Shown here: piece by piece, positions 36,727 to 51,970 of the stretch
How the letters are laid out: each line of letters starts with the position of its first letter
Position numbering within the stretch: the stretch's first letter is position 1
Assembly: GCA_964304625.1 (NCBI GenBank)
Contig: OZ199839.1
Location: 3,524,724 to 3,588,723 of the forward strand
DNA: 64,000 bases
Direction of reading: 5' to 3'
Source of the DNA: Kudoa neothunni
Lineage: Eukaryota > Animalia > Cnidaria
Made by a program: the position numbers and the translations under genes
The notes under the pieces: model-generated
Databases searched by the model: none
What the model was told of the DNA's origin: nothing
Seen by the model: only the letters and a program-made list of their open reading frames with translations

Positions 36727-38628
36727 AGTTATAGTAGTCACAGAAGTATATGTCACCAATCAATCCACTTCAGTAGCACACCTCGATCCTCACAGGTAGT
36801 AATGATTATAAAATATCAATCGGAAACAGATTCAGATAAGCAGATGAGATTTTTCTGATGATAAAAAGCACCTCTCTATGGTCATAATAAGCTACAAGCT
36901 ACCAAAGCAACCTACCAATTGTTCGTGTTGCACCGAAGTTAATGCGGATTGCGCGAGCATAGTGCTAAGGTTAATCTGTATGGGTGTGTTCGGGTTGTTA
37001 TTCTGTTTATTGTGATTAATTGAACTGTGGTCAACGCTATTAATTATAATTAAAATCTACAATCGATTAATTCTGCTCCTTCTACCAAACATTATAATTC
37101 AACTAATTGATCTTACCTGAGAGATTAGTTGGTAATATTGTGCGGTTGCTGAATTCTCTTCACATATTAACTAATGTTGAATGCAGACTCGAAAATTTCA
37201 ACTCCTATCACAATTAGATAGGCCAATTAAACTTACGATTGCGCTTAGAGCAGTGCGACTGGTCATTATTTGTTACTTGTTATATTCAATTGGCTCTCAC
37301 TTCAGCCCGCTTAAAGTTGTATTGTTGACAATTTAATTTCTTAGGGGAGTTGTAATCTAATTGGAGTTTTTCTAAGTTAGTGTGATCTAAATATTACTTA
37401 GTCATTTGTTAGCTGGTTGTTGATGATATTGGTTTTTAATATTTTAACTTTCTTCTATTATATAATATAATTTATATAACATAAATTACTATTCCTATCA
37501 TTAAATTTAATTTAATTAATTTGAATTGATTGCAAGTTCATTTTTAAAAAAATTATTAGTTTAATAATTATTCCAGGTTGTTTTTGTACTTAAATAAGAA
37601 TTTACTGAAGCTTAGACACTCGCATTTGTAATTGCGAAACAGTTTAGTATGTGTTCATTAAATAATTGGGGGATTAAAAAATTGAGGTGGGATAAATCCC
37701 GCAAATTAATCCTCTTATTGGATATGTACTCTTTTATTTTATCGTAGTCCTCCGTTGAGAGGATTCCTTTTATAATTTTATATTAATCCATTCAATTATT
37801 GATTTATTTAAACCGATATAATAACAACCAGGTGACCGACAACGCTAGTCTAGTATTATAAGGTTATTTATTCTACATATTTTTATTAACATTAACTCGC
37901 ATATAAATTTTAAAGTAATACTTTATTTGTATAAATATTGAAAAATTCTGTTGTAAAATGTTAAATATTATTAATTTGGTCACATGATTCTTGTCGGTAA
38001 CTTTCTTAATATGGTGGAATTTCGATCTCAATACTAAGCAATTTGCATTTTAAGTTGACCTATCTCGTTTTATTTCTAAAATATATAGAAATAATATTAA
38101 TAATTGGTCTAGAAATCTAAAAAATTTATAGATCGTGATAATTCATTCTATTTATTTTAAGACATCATGTAAAAAATTCTCCGAATCGCGTCACTTAATT
38201 ATTTGTACCTACTCTTTAGCGCATCCTCAAAAAAATATTCTCAAGCGATACAATTATTTCGTGAAACATTATGTATTGAATATCGCTCATTTTGTTATAA
38301 GTGAGATATAAAGTTACCGATTTCTAACCATTATACGATTGTTAGTGTTATGTTAATGTTGGTGACGCTTGCGCTATTACATTATAAAAAATTAATATGT
38401 TTTCTTTCGTAGATGTGAAAACACGTCGTATAGATCTCTCACACTTTTTAATAACAAGCGCTTTTAGAGATTTTTTAATTTGGTCGGTGATAATATAAAT
38501 ACAAATTAGCAATCGTGGTATTTACATAATACAAATAATGTTTCCTTACCTCTTACAACCTTAAATTTTCCACAAAAACAGGATCAACAATTTTCGATAT
38601 AATATAAAAAATAATTAAAAGCAATTAA

Positions 38629-39875
38629 CCTTCCCGGGACCATGCGGGATCATTCGTGATCCCATTTTTGGTAAATGTTTCTGCTTACCTATATAAACTT
38701 TTCTATTTAATCTAAGATTAATGTATATTGTCTAGAAATACAAAATTTCAGATAAATTATAGTATTCTACGGTTCAAAAATTATGTTTAATGTTACGTAG
38801 CACTGATATATGTTACTTAAAATTATTTTATACGGTTGTATCAAGTGTATTCAATTTATATGATAAGAAAAATGATCATTTCAATATATACTGTCACGAC
38901 CAAACTGAGGAATATTTTAATTTGCAACCATACTTGTTATCTGTTAAGGATTCCGATGATGGAATAGAATTAGAGGAGATTAATCCACTATTATTGTTGT
39001 CCAGGTTATTGCGCGTTGAAAACCGAACGGGTTGCCTGATGTGTGTTAAAAAAAATTTTGACGTACTTATTTTCTCCGTTAATTAAATTTAAATTGCAGT
39101 AAATTAAAAGGTGGCCATATTTTACTAAAATTAATAGTTTAGTCAAATAATTAAAAGATTAAAATTCGTCACATTATTTCTGTTTCATAATATTGTCAAA
39201 TTTCAACGATTCCCTATTCCAAAAAATTAACAAGTCATCATTTATGTAAATCGTTTGATTTTTTTAATTTTTAGTGAAATTAGGTCAGGCCATTCCCTTA
39301 TTAAGTTATAACTATTGAAACGATTAAAACTATGTTGAAACAAATAAGCTTTGAATCATATTTATATTCTGATAAAAAATAATTTCACTCATAATTAAAA
39401 TAAATTCCTCCTTATTTATTTAGATTCAATATTATTCTTAATTTCTCAAGATATGTTTACAAAATATCTTGTGTAAATCAATGTTGGATTACCGACATTG
39501 ATTTACACAAAAGTTATCTCCTGTTAGTGACGTGGCCGAGCCGGCAAATATTGATATTAAAAGTGGCGTAGAAGTTTCTATTTTGTTACATTCATTTAAA
39601 AATGAAACCGACATAGTTACATCAATTACATCCACCATTTGGAGTTTTGTTTGGATAAGTTTAATTGGTAATGTCTCCCGACATGGATACGATATTTTTA
39701 ACAAATTCTTTTGTCGCTTTGATATTTTAAATATATATTTTAATGGTCAGAAGATTACTTAATCTATATACCAAACGTTAGAATTATATTCAATCATTAA
39801 AGTAAAAACCACTGGGGTCACTGATCGACCCCCATGGGAACACACGTAAGTTTTTTGAGCACGGTCCTTCGAGGG
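38629..39875. mobile_element. piggyBac-like non-autonomous element
   Basis: TTAA|CCTTCCCGGGACCATGC ... GCACGGTCCTTCGAGGG|TTAA; subterminal GGGATC..GATCCC and GGGGTC..GACCCC palindromes. Confidence 0.8.
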
Positions 39876-40379
39876 TTAAAAGTTTGACCCTATTTAGCAT
39901 AGCAGTAAATTGAAACTTTATCTATGTATATAATTTCAAAACACTAATGATATAAAATTACTTTGGTAACCTAAAATTTATTACAATAGTTAGCCATTTA
40001 TAAGTAATTTCCTCGCAACGGCGAATTAAATATGTAAAACGGTATGACAAATTTTCGCTGGGGGTCGCGCGCGACACGGGTTAAGTTAAGTTGTTCGACA
40101 AAATACTCATTATATAAATTTTTGAAAACCTCAAGAAATAATTATATGAGTTTTTATGTAGATTATATTTATAAAAAAATATTATGGTCGATTCTAAAAA
40201 GAAAGCTGTTGTTGCTTTTTTTAAAAGCAAAAAAATCGAACATTTATTTCTACATCTTACACTCAGGTCAAATATTGTTCAGAAAACTTCAAAAAATTAA
40301 TTAATATAGTCAATATAAAAGTTTTGCTGAATTTTTATATTTGTCAGTAAACTCATTTGCTTCCATATCAACAAACTTA

Positions 40380-40640
40380 ATTGAAGACGAGTACAAAAAA
40401 CATTTTAAGAAGGGAAACGAGTTCAAGGATATTAATTTAACTTCATTTTTCGATATTTTGAAAGAACTACCCAGAAGGAACCAAATATCCAACTGAATAT
40501 TGCAATGCTCATTTTAGAGTCATGAACAATATTCCGTCCTCTTCAAACCCTGCTGAGGGTAACAATCAACATTTCTAATGAAAATTAAAATTAAAATAAC
40601 GCCATCCTGGATTAGCCACTTTATTTGGAAAATTAAAGGT
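40380..40640 (+). pseudogene. possible MULE transposase remnant
   Basis: Translations SSNPAEGNNQ and RHPGLATLFGKLK resemble the MULE TNNxxEG...HP consensus. Confidence 0.3.
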
Positions 40641-41877
40641 TAACTTAATACGCATGCCTATTGGCGAAAATTCGCCATATGATGTAAAATAGTTAACGCC
40701 CAATTTTGCTCACTTGTTAATTCGCACGTAATTATATACACAGCTATTTAGTATATTTAAGTGCGTCAATTGAGTTTAAAAATAATTATATTTACTTCAA
40801 ATTAAAATAATTGGTTATTTTCAATTGAGAAAATTCTGTTTAAATATATCTTTCTCCAAGTTCGCAAGTATGATCGATCGATCTTTTATTGTCAAAATTG
40901 TATGAATTTTATCCCATCTAATAAATTGAAAATTTTTAGCAACAAAATTATTATTTAAATCGTTTTGATAACTTTTGTTCCATTTTATAAGATATGTTTA
41001 GAGTTTTGTAGTAACAAATTTAACACCTCTTTTGAGGATACTGAGGACGTTTTTTATTATATGTTTATTCAATTTTTCTGTTATTTTATTTAGTTACTTT
41101 TGCCGTTAAACATTATTCCTTCTAAAAAAATGTGCGTAAAAGCGAATAGTCATTTGATTAATATTGTGGTAATTTCCTCAATATTAATGTATATTTAAGT
41201 AAAAATGCTTTAAAAATTCTATTAAAATAAATGTTTTTTATCTATTTCACATGTAACTATACAAATAAATAATTTGGTAATTTTATAACCTCAACAATCA
41301 ATAAATTTTTAAGGTAAATATAAACTTTAATAAAAAACATTAATTGAAACATATCGAGACTCTATTGTACATTTATCCCCTTTCGTTATTAAATGAGGTT
41401 CAAGACAAGGCTTTATCTTACAAAATTGTGAAATTTTTTTAACTTTTTTTAAATTCAAGAGCCGTGAAAACTTCATTACCATAACTAATTATATTAGACA
41501 ATAATATTCCACTTTGGCTTGCGTATCAATAAAAGAACCAATCAATTTTAAGAGTTAATAATCCCATCGAGCTTTATACGGTATACTGAGAATTAAACAG
41601 TATAAATTCTAAAAACTAATATCCGTTTTAGCGAGGTATCATTCGTTTTATTTAACAAAATTAGTAACATAAAATAACACTTATTTCATCTTAAAATAGT
41701 TGTCATAGGAAGAGAAATTTCCAATTAAAAATATTACATAATATTTATGCAATATTTCATTTTGCGCAAGAAAAATCCAATTCATAATAATTTGTTCAAT
41801 TGGTAATATTTGCAGTAAAAACAATTAGTTGAGTTATTATTTCTAACTCCAATCAATAACAGGTATCCGGCGACCAC

Positions 41878-42878
41878 TTAGATCAAATCATCTTCAAGCA
41901 TGTTTTTATTTAATTTGACTTTTTCTCCTGGTTTGAATGGAGGCAATCCTCTGTAGGGACATGATGCACAGCGGAATCCATCACCCAAGTAACACTAATG
42001 GATTAATTGTAATTAAAACATATACTTAAAAAGATAATAGTGGTTACACTTCCACAAGAACTTTTAGGTTGGTTGGCGGTATTCACATAACCATCCCCTT
42101 CTTGTAATAGTTCTTTCAGTCCACACGAGCTATATATTCAAACCAATTAAAAAACAAGCCTCTTTTGTCACACTAAACAATTACCAATCTTTGCAGGCTC
42201 TCTTTGGCTTGGGTGCGGTAGAAGAGGGGTCAACTCCACAACCACCAGCCGATGAAGTAGTTTTTTTCGCAAATGCAAAATCATCTTCATCAAGCAAATC
42301 TTCAGGATCAATCATTTCCCCCTCATTGGTATCATCCATATCAAGCTTCCACACATTTTCTAAAAGGAATAAGTTACCGTAGTTAAATGCAGTTAGAAAA
42401 TTAAATTTACTTTTGTCGGTTGGCAAGTTTAATGCTATAGCTTGACCTACCATTACATTTGGAATTGAGGCAGATAACGCCACAATTTGACCTTTGTGTT
42501 CAACCTTCACAGTATCATCAATAACAGTCCAATATAGATACATAAAATGTCACAACTACTTTTTTTATGTTAATATAGCCATTGGTAAGCAAATGTAACT
42601 CCAAAGAGTTGGTGTTTTGGGAAGAATTATTGTTTTCTGTACGCAATAAAGTTTAATCCTTTTTCAGTGTATAAAAAATAAAAATTACCAGGAAGCACAA
42701 CAATAACTTCGGTTGATGAATCGATTGTTTGTTTCAACAACGATGGTAATTTTTCGTCAATATCTGCAACATAGACTTTATTAAATGGACCTACGCGAGA
42801 GTCAGCTAGCATATCCTTGACAACTAAGACCTTTAATCGACATTAATTCTGACGCATTACATCTGGAAACATCATCAT
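41878..42878 (-). CDS. CIAPIN1: anamorsin / Dre2 Fe-S cluster assembly protein
   Basis: [11 protein letters not shown] acidic linker, C..KRACKDCSCG, and [31 protein letters not shown]. Seven short exons. Confidence 0.95.
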
Positions 42879-42968
42879 TTTCTTTAACTTTATATGGTTC
42901 CGGTAAAAGTGAATTTTCACCAAATATCAAATTAAAATCGCAAGCACACAAAACTCTAGGCATATTTT

Positions 42969-42985
42969 ACTGCGCTTGCGCCATG
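42969..42985 (-). promoter_or_regulatory. NRF1/Ewg-like GCGC motif about 90 bp upstream of anamorsin ATG
   Basis: ACTGCGCTTGCGCCATG on the + strand; close to the YGCGCAYGCGCR consensus. Confidence 0.45.
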
Positions 42986-43796
42986 ACTAGATTAATTGTT
43001 GGTCCAACCAGAGAAAAAAAACTATACGTAATTGACTTTTAGATCATTTATGTTTGAAATAAATTAACTCTAGAAATCTTAGAGGTCTAATAATATAATA
43101 AACTAAAACTTGCAGTTTTATCATTATTCCTCCATCCGTATTATTTTTAATACTTTATAGGTGAGTATAATCTGATTACAGAGTTTTTATATTAGTAATT
43201 AATAAAAAGGGGGAGTTTTTAAAAAAATATGCATTTATTTTTTGAAAATATCATTTAATCTCGTTAACTAAAAACGTTTTTTATTTTATGGATTCACATT
43301 GAAAATGCGTATATATAATGACACTCGTGTTAAGTTCTAGATATACTTTAATCCATATGCATAGTCACGTGTTTCAGTAGTTTATAAAATGAGCGTTTAT
43401 GGTGGCATTAACAACTCTTATTTGGAATAAAAAAAATATGCAGAAAATTACTGATTTCATAAAATAATAACATAAATATCCACGGTGGAAAAGGGTTGGT
43501 TTGGAGGAATTTTACTGCCAAAGAAACAATCACTCTGGAATTTGAATATTCATTTTTTACTGAGATAAAAATTATAATGAGTTTTATAATATTCATCAGT
43601 TTTAACATTAAGAGAGATTTTAGGTGAACTCTAATGCATTTTCGTAGTTAATTAACGACTTGAAGTTTAGGGTCGAATTTAAAACAGGTGTTTAAGGAAT
43701 ATTTAAACCGCGCTTTTCACTAAGACTACAACACAAGATTAATATAAGCCTACTCCGGTTATTTACATTTAGAATGGCGTTTTTAACTAGTTATAG

Positions 43797-44091
43797 CAGT
43801 GGTTTTAAAATTTTTTGGAATGGCGGATCTCATTTTCAGCTCAAATTGTCTCGCGTATCCCCCCGTATATATTACGGAAATTGTAATCAAATAAAATACA
43901 AGGTTGATAAAAAATTTTAATGCATTTATTTACAACAAATTAAAATGTATTCGACATCGTGTAGGATTTAGACAACATTTATTTGTAACACAGATACCTA
44001 CTATTAGTTTCTATATTTTTGATGTTATGGATCTCCTACGCCTCATTTTCATGCCTCTAAAGATCTGCGAATCACCGGTTGAAAACTACTG
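43797..44091. mobile_element. hAT (Charlie-like) MITE, 295 bp
   Basis: CAGTGGTTTTAAA / TTGAAAACTACTG; TSD AGTTATAG / AGTAATAG. Confidence 0.8.
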
Positions 44092-44433
44092 AGTAATAGG
44101 ATCGTACCTATCATTATACGGAGTCAATTTTCCTGTTAGATTTTCTTTAAAGACCGAAATTAAAAAAAATTTAATTAACTTTAAAAATTTATTTTATGTT
44201 TTATAAAAATCTTCATCGGTGTTTCATATACACGTAATTATAAACGAATAACTCGAAATGGTTTAAACTGTTTAAAATAAGGATTTATCTGGGTTTATGA
44301 AATCTTTCATATTCTTTAAAAAATTTTCGAATTCTGTAAGCTTTATCAAATTTTATCTTTATTAATCCCATTTTAAAGTTGATAAGTGAATTTATTTTAA
44401 ATTTTTTGTTACAGTAACGTTAACCAATCAAAG

Positions 44434-44978
44434 TATGCTTTCGGTTTTTGCATCGAAAACCGAATCTGTTTCAATCAATACCGGATTTGTCGCAATTGTA
44501 ATTTGATCTAAATCACGCTGCGTTCACAATGTCAAGAAAAAATCATCATCCTGAAGATAAGAGAGTTCCTGCTTGTCATACTGTGGTTAACGCGAGAAAT
44601 GACCAGAAAGAAGTATCCTATGATTTAGGAATTCCGAGATCAACACTTAGAGACTTGTTAAAAAATATAGGACTACTAATTCACCTAAAAAGATTATTAT
44701 AGGACATATGAAAAGCACTTCAAACACGTTGACTGAACATGATCTAAAAGGTTATTTTCAGCATTCGGAGACATTCTTTGGTCAATGTTATTCTCTTATA
44801 GATAACAATTGTAATTGGATTAAAATAATATGTATATTTGCTACTTATACATATAAACTTCTCTTTGTTTGCCTACTGCTATTAACCAAATAGAAAAAAT
44901 TGTCATTAACCGCAATCTAAGGTATTCCGGTTTTGAATGCGCCAAGTCCGGCTTTGCATCCAAAAACCAGTGGTAATA
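44434..44978. repeat. degenerate inverted repeat pair of about 50 bp, probable old MITE
   Basis: GGTTTTTGCATCGAAAACCG..CAATACCGGA (44442-44485) vs TCCGGTTTTGAA..CGGCTTTGCATCCAAAAACC (44926-44968). No TSD identified. Confidence 0.4.
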
Positions 44979-45171
44979 TATTTTCAAATATTATTTGCAT
45001 AGAAAAAAACGACTTACTAACAAATGATAGACGATTTCGAACGTTTAAATCTACTTCTTAAATACAAAGCGATACTACGAACTATCTCTGCCAGACATTC
45101 CGTGTATATATTGGGAGGAAAATAGAATCTCCAATTTTCATTTCGCATGCTTTGATCCTAACATGATTTAA

Positions 45172-47403
45172 CCCTCTAAAGATGCAAAAAAAACTACCCT
45201 CCAATTACATTGGGGTCAGTATGACCCCAGATTTTTATTTGGTAAATTTGATAAATAAATTTTTATAATCACAACAGTAAATTATTAAAAAATTCTAACG
45301 GTTGAATTTTGAGTAAACCGCTAATAAATAGGAAATTAATCCGTTTTAATCTCATTCGCAACATCCCGTCGCTCAGCGCCTATTGTCGTCAAATTAATAT
45401 TCTCAGGAATATCCACTTTCAGAATAAAAAAATTGCATATTTATAGTTTAGATAAGAAAAATATTCTATAGTTATATTCAAAAGAGAATCTATGTAGTAA
45501 TTAATTCAAACAATTGCAACATTTGTTGGATGAGTGTACTTGGCAACATGATCTATTACAATTTGAACAATGAAGGAACGTTTTTTATCATTCCCACGAG
45601 GGAAATAACTACATCGTGCCCTTCGGTTTTTAATTCGAGGGACATTTGTAATTGGTTCTGAGAAAGGTGACTTTCTTTTGATACTTTGTTATTATTTGAA
45701 TTTTGATTGATAAGTGGTTGGTAGAGAGCTTCAGCGATTTCTTTTACAAAAGTACGACGGGTTTCATTATGGCTATTTAAATATTCTTATATAATGCAAA
45801 AGCATTAATCAAGGTTAGGTCGAAATTTTGAAAAAAAACTATCATGGGCCATCTGCGGTTGAATCTGCGAACAGAAACTGAGGCAAACATACGGTCAATA
45901 GTGTCGACTCCCCCTTCGCTTTATTGTAGCATATGATCACTTCAGGCTTTTTTGGGTGAGGTATCAAGGATGTTAACATTGGTAGTTCCAGTTGAGATTA
46001 GAATGACAGCTTTATTTTTTTCGTTGACATACGACGTTAACATATTTTTCTCAAAAAAGGCAAAAGTTGTACTATACAATTCCCCTTTGTTATGGCGAAT
46101 AGTACCCAAATATATCAATTTTTTTGTAGTAGCTTTGATGTAAGTGGGAAAGAAGAAGAAAAATTATCAGCTACGATATTTCTTCCAGAGTGATAGGACA
46201 ATACCTTCAGGCAACATTTAAGTGTCGTTCGTTATTTCCATTTTTACCCAGATACGGAGAGATGTTTGAAACATACTTTTCGATTGGATCGACAAGTAAA
46301 AAAAACTTTAGGCCATATTTAGCTGGTTTCCAAGGCATATACTGTCTAAAAGGGGCATCGTCCTTTGAATGCAACCAACTGCTCGTCAATTGTGACGTCT
46401 TGGTTTGGGTTGAAACATTTTGGTGGTTCTCTTTCCCAAATTTCCCATACTTCACGTATTGGGAAAAATTTATCTGTGGTTCTTCTCTCTAGTCTAGTTT
46501 TTACGTCATCGAAATGAAGAGGTCGTGAAATTTGATAAAATCTCGTCCTTGACAAAATTTTTCGATAGATTTCTCTGCCTTCAGACACACTGAACAATTC
46601 TGTCAGGGGCTCTACCGATCATTATGAACAGACATAAGAATAAGAATATCTAAATATCCATCAAACTCCGTAGAATCAATGTCGGTCTAATTTTCTTTAA
46701 AATGGCTGCGCCCAAAAATGTTTGTACATTCGATAATTCTCTCACAAATACTTGCAGTAGGCATGATGGAAAGACAGTCCAACATATTATGAACTCTCTA
46801 TAAACAATAAGTGGCTGGGCCGGGATGCGAGTTCATTATATTTTCAGCTGATGTTTTAGAGACGACGGGTTTGGTTAAACTCCAGGTGGTTCCACTTTTA
46901 CTAGTTGTGAAGCTATCGATTTCAACAATTTCCAACAGTTCACCCGACGATTCAGAAATTTCAATCAAAACATCTTCAAACTCAGTTCCTGACGATTCTT
47001 ATTCATCAATTGACATCTCAACACCATTCATCGTCCCGCGATAAAATTGCACACAATATTGAGGTTGCTCATGTATTACTGTAATATAACATTGAACAAA
47101 ACAGGATCATTGCTTTATCATATAATTTAGTATAGTTAAAATATAATGCGAAAAATATTATTTTCATATTAACTCTTAAAATAAACACAATACTATTTTG
47201 TTTATTCAACGATCATTAGCGAAATGAAGACGCAATAAGCCGATGAAGATTAAATGAGATTAATTAATGTATTTAATATCGTTTTACTCGAAATTCAATC
47301 TTTAGAATTTTTTAATACTTTAACATTGTGATTATAAAAATTTATTATTCTAATTTATCAAATAAAAATCTGGGGTCATATTGACCCCAATGTCTTTAGA
47401 GGG
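45172..47403 (-). mobile_element. near full-length piggyBac transposon with frameshifted PGBD4-like transposase
   Basis: TTAA|CCCTCTAAAGA ... TCTTTAGAGGG|TTAA; about 150 bp of inverted subterminal repeat; motifs VTIDEQLVAFKGRCPFRQYMPWKPAKYG, ADNF, GVDTID, RRWP and a Cys-rich C-terminus. Confidence 0.95.
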
Positions 47404-48418
47404 TTAAATTAGTTAACAAAATCAAGTAGTTATAGAAACAACCAAATGAATTTGTGAAAAATCCTTGCTTCAAAATACATTTATAACTTTAACTTTACCG
47501 CACAAAAGCTTTTTTTATATCTAAACTATCTAAACGTTATTATTTAATGTTGGGCACGTTCAGGTGTGTAATTTTTTTTTGGCTTTAAACTAAAAAATTA
47601 AACGTAAAATCCCATTATATAAGTATTTTCAAAAATACCATTATACTATAAAATACACGTATGGAAAAATGAAACAAAATAATTTGTACAAATTATCGAT
47701 ATAATAAGCGCTGATTGGCCACCACCGGGTATTCGAAGGTTAATCAAGGGTATAATTAAAAATTTTAACTGAATGAGAACAAACGAACTTCAAAGGATAT
47801 ATTTTATTAATTTACTTGGATGAAATACATATTTCAAAATTTTGTAAAAAAACAAACATTGACATAAATTAAAAGTAACATCTTTGAGGACTACAAAATC
47901 TCTAACTCGCCCAACTATCCAAACGAACTACTTTTACATACACAATAAGCGAATTAAGGTATATTAATCCCCTCCTTATTAATTCACGACGAAAATATCA
48001 CGTATAATACATAATTTAAAAAATTAATCAGATTTTTATAAACATATTCTGAGACCGACTACATCCATCATACTCCCTATTAATAGTGGCCAGTATGTAC
48101 ATCCCAGACTTCATGATATTTTATCGATTCTCACGTCAATTATTCGTGTGTTAACAACAATATCCTTAGCAAATTTTATGAGTTAAAATTTTTTAAAGAT
48201 ATTAACAATTAAAAATAATTCCAATATGTTTCAAAAAGTTTTAAATCGCAAAATAAACAACTAAAAAAGTAACCTTATCAAATTTAAATAGAGGTAACAA
48301 TCTTTTAAATATGGAATAATAATCAAACTACTGAGCACCTTTACAGAACATCTAAACGGTAATCAACTTAAAAACAGTGTCCGCAAATGTTAGAGCTATG
48401 ATATTGGACATAGTTAGT

Positions 48419-49687
<1,269 letters not shown>

Positions 49688-50599
49688 TAAAAAATAAAAA
49701 TATTTTTATATCGACTCAGTTGGGTGAACTATCACCTATATCTCCGGTGAAACCAAGTTACTTTTCTACGGTGTCGGTGCCAACCGGATTGCTCCGAATC
49801 GATTGTTTTATTAATCCTGGATATGTGAAAAGTGGGATGGATTTGTTGTTTATTTATTTGGATTGAGTGCATGTGTAAAATAAAATTGGCAGTATTCTAC
49901 TGGAAAACTCATAAAGGAATACACAATGTTTTAAAGTGATTTGTAGTAAGTGAGTAGGTCGTATATCTGGGAAAATTTACAATATCACAATAACGCCATA
50001 TAAGCTATGTGTGCACGACCAAATAGCATTATTGATATTCGCATCCGAACCTAAAGTGTACCACTCCAAGTAGAAAATTAGTGGATGCCGATTAATCACG
50101 ATATTTATTTTTGTATACTTTAATTATTTAAATTGGTTCGGCTCTCGATATATTTTCCTTGCTATATCACCTAAACCACTTATACGTATTAGGATTAGAG
50201 TGTGATTTGATTTGAGGCTGGATTTGCTCCTGAGCAGATTGAATTTAACGCGGTCAATTTAACTTAACCATCACCTTGAGGATTATGTCGGGGATCAATT
50301 TCAGCTTGATTTTAGGTTGTTTAAACTTATCATTATGCCATTTTTATTGCATTTGGTATGATTCAAATAGAAACCGACCATATAATTTAACGGTGTCGAG
50401 TTTGTTTATCTACTAATTATTATAGTTCGCTTTAGAATCGAATCAATAGGTTCATCCCTATTATTGCCAGATAACTTTTAATATAAAATATCCTTCAAAC
50501 GTTTATTAATTATAAAGTCACATTATTTCTCGTAGTCAATAGATCATTTGTTTGTATTCTATGGCTACAATATCCCCGCCATCCAAACATTAGCATATA

Positions 50600-51897
50600 C
50601 ATGAGTTGATCAAAAAGTATCGGGACTTTCTACATAAAAAAATATATACACAAATATAATGAATTTTTTTTATCTCCATCAATATACTCTCCGTCCGCAT
50701 CAATACATTTTTTCCAGCGTTGCTTCCATTGAAGGAAGCGTTCCAAAAAATCATTCTTTTCAATGTCTTGAGCTGCCCGGTCGCATTCTGTTTTATTTCC
50801 TCCATGGAGTGGAATCTCCTTCCTTTAAGTTGGAATTCAATTTTTGGGAACAGAAAGAAGTCGCATGGAGCAAGATCTGGTGAGTATGGAGGATGCTGTA
50901 ACTGGGGAACGTTCATCTTGGTTGAAAAATCTTGAATTTTTAATGACATGTGTGAGGGGGCATTATCGTGATGAAGTATCCAACGTCCCGAGGAATGCAC
51001 GTAGGGTCGTTTACGGCAAATAGCATCATGTAAATTCCGCAAAACTCCGAGGCAATACTCATTCGTAACTGTACAAGATTCAGGTGCGTATTCATAATAA
51101 ATTATCCCCTAGATAACAAAAAATACCGTGAGTAATACTTTAATTTTACTCAGAACTTGGCGGGCTTTCTTTGATCTGGGCGACGATGATGTTTTCCGAA
51201 TGGAATATTGAACTTTTGTTTCGGATCGTAACCATAAATCCAACTTTCATCACCTGTTACGATAAAATTCATAAATTCATCTTCTTTTGATGAGCGTTGA
51301 AGTAAATCTTTTGAAGTAATAAGCAGCAATTTTTTTTGTTCGGACGTGAGCACACGGGGGACACATTTGGCGGAAACTCTTCTCATACGAAGATCATCAG
51401 TCCGAATAGCTTAACATGATCCAAAAGATATTTCAATATCATTAGACATTTCCCTAATGGTAAGTCTTCGTCCGGAATCGACCATATCCTTAACATCATT
51501 AATCTCTTCATGATTTCTGCTGGTTAAAGTTCGACCAGAACGATCCAAACTATCAATCGAATTTCTATCTTCTTCATTCTTTAAATTGTGTATGCCATTC
51601 AAACACTCTACTTCTACTCATGGAATTGTCTAAAATTGCTTTTTGAATCATTTCATAAGTTCTGGTACTGCTTTTCCCTAGTTTTACACAGAATTTAATA
51701 CGAATTCTCGTGAGCGACGTCGGCCCATTTCTCGATTTAAACAACTAGCTGCCATATTTTATTTTACTACTCATTTGTTAAATTTTTTTCACTAAAATAT
51801 GCGAATACATATTTTTAAAGCATTCTATTTTTTTAAATACATCTTTATCATACGAGGAGATATTTAAAAAGTCTCGATACTTTTTGATCAGCCCATA
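50600..51897 (-). mobile_element. mariner transposon, full length (1298 bp), transposase frameshifted
   Basis: TIRs of about 30 bp (..TGATCAAAAAGTATCG.GACTTT) flanked by TA; motifs CVPRVL, VTGDESW, HHDNAPSH and YSPDLAPCDFFLF. Confidence 0.95.
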
Positions 51898-51940
51898 TAT
51901 GTTGTTTATCATTCGTATCCCGTATTGTCTATATTTATAA

Positions 51941-51970
51941 CTAGCGGGACTGCCCAGCTTTGCATGGGAG
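51941..51970 (-). mobile_element. possible Helitron 3' terminus
   Basis: On the minus strand, a GC-rich hairpin (CCCATGCAAAGCTGGG) lies 8 nt before CTAG|T. Confidence 0.35.

Noticed and set aside
47701-47743. GC-rich segment ending GAAGG|TTAA (similar one at 40060-40084)
   Set aside because: Looks like a solo piggyBac end, but no matching opposite terminus could be located.
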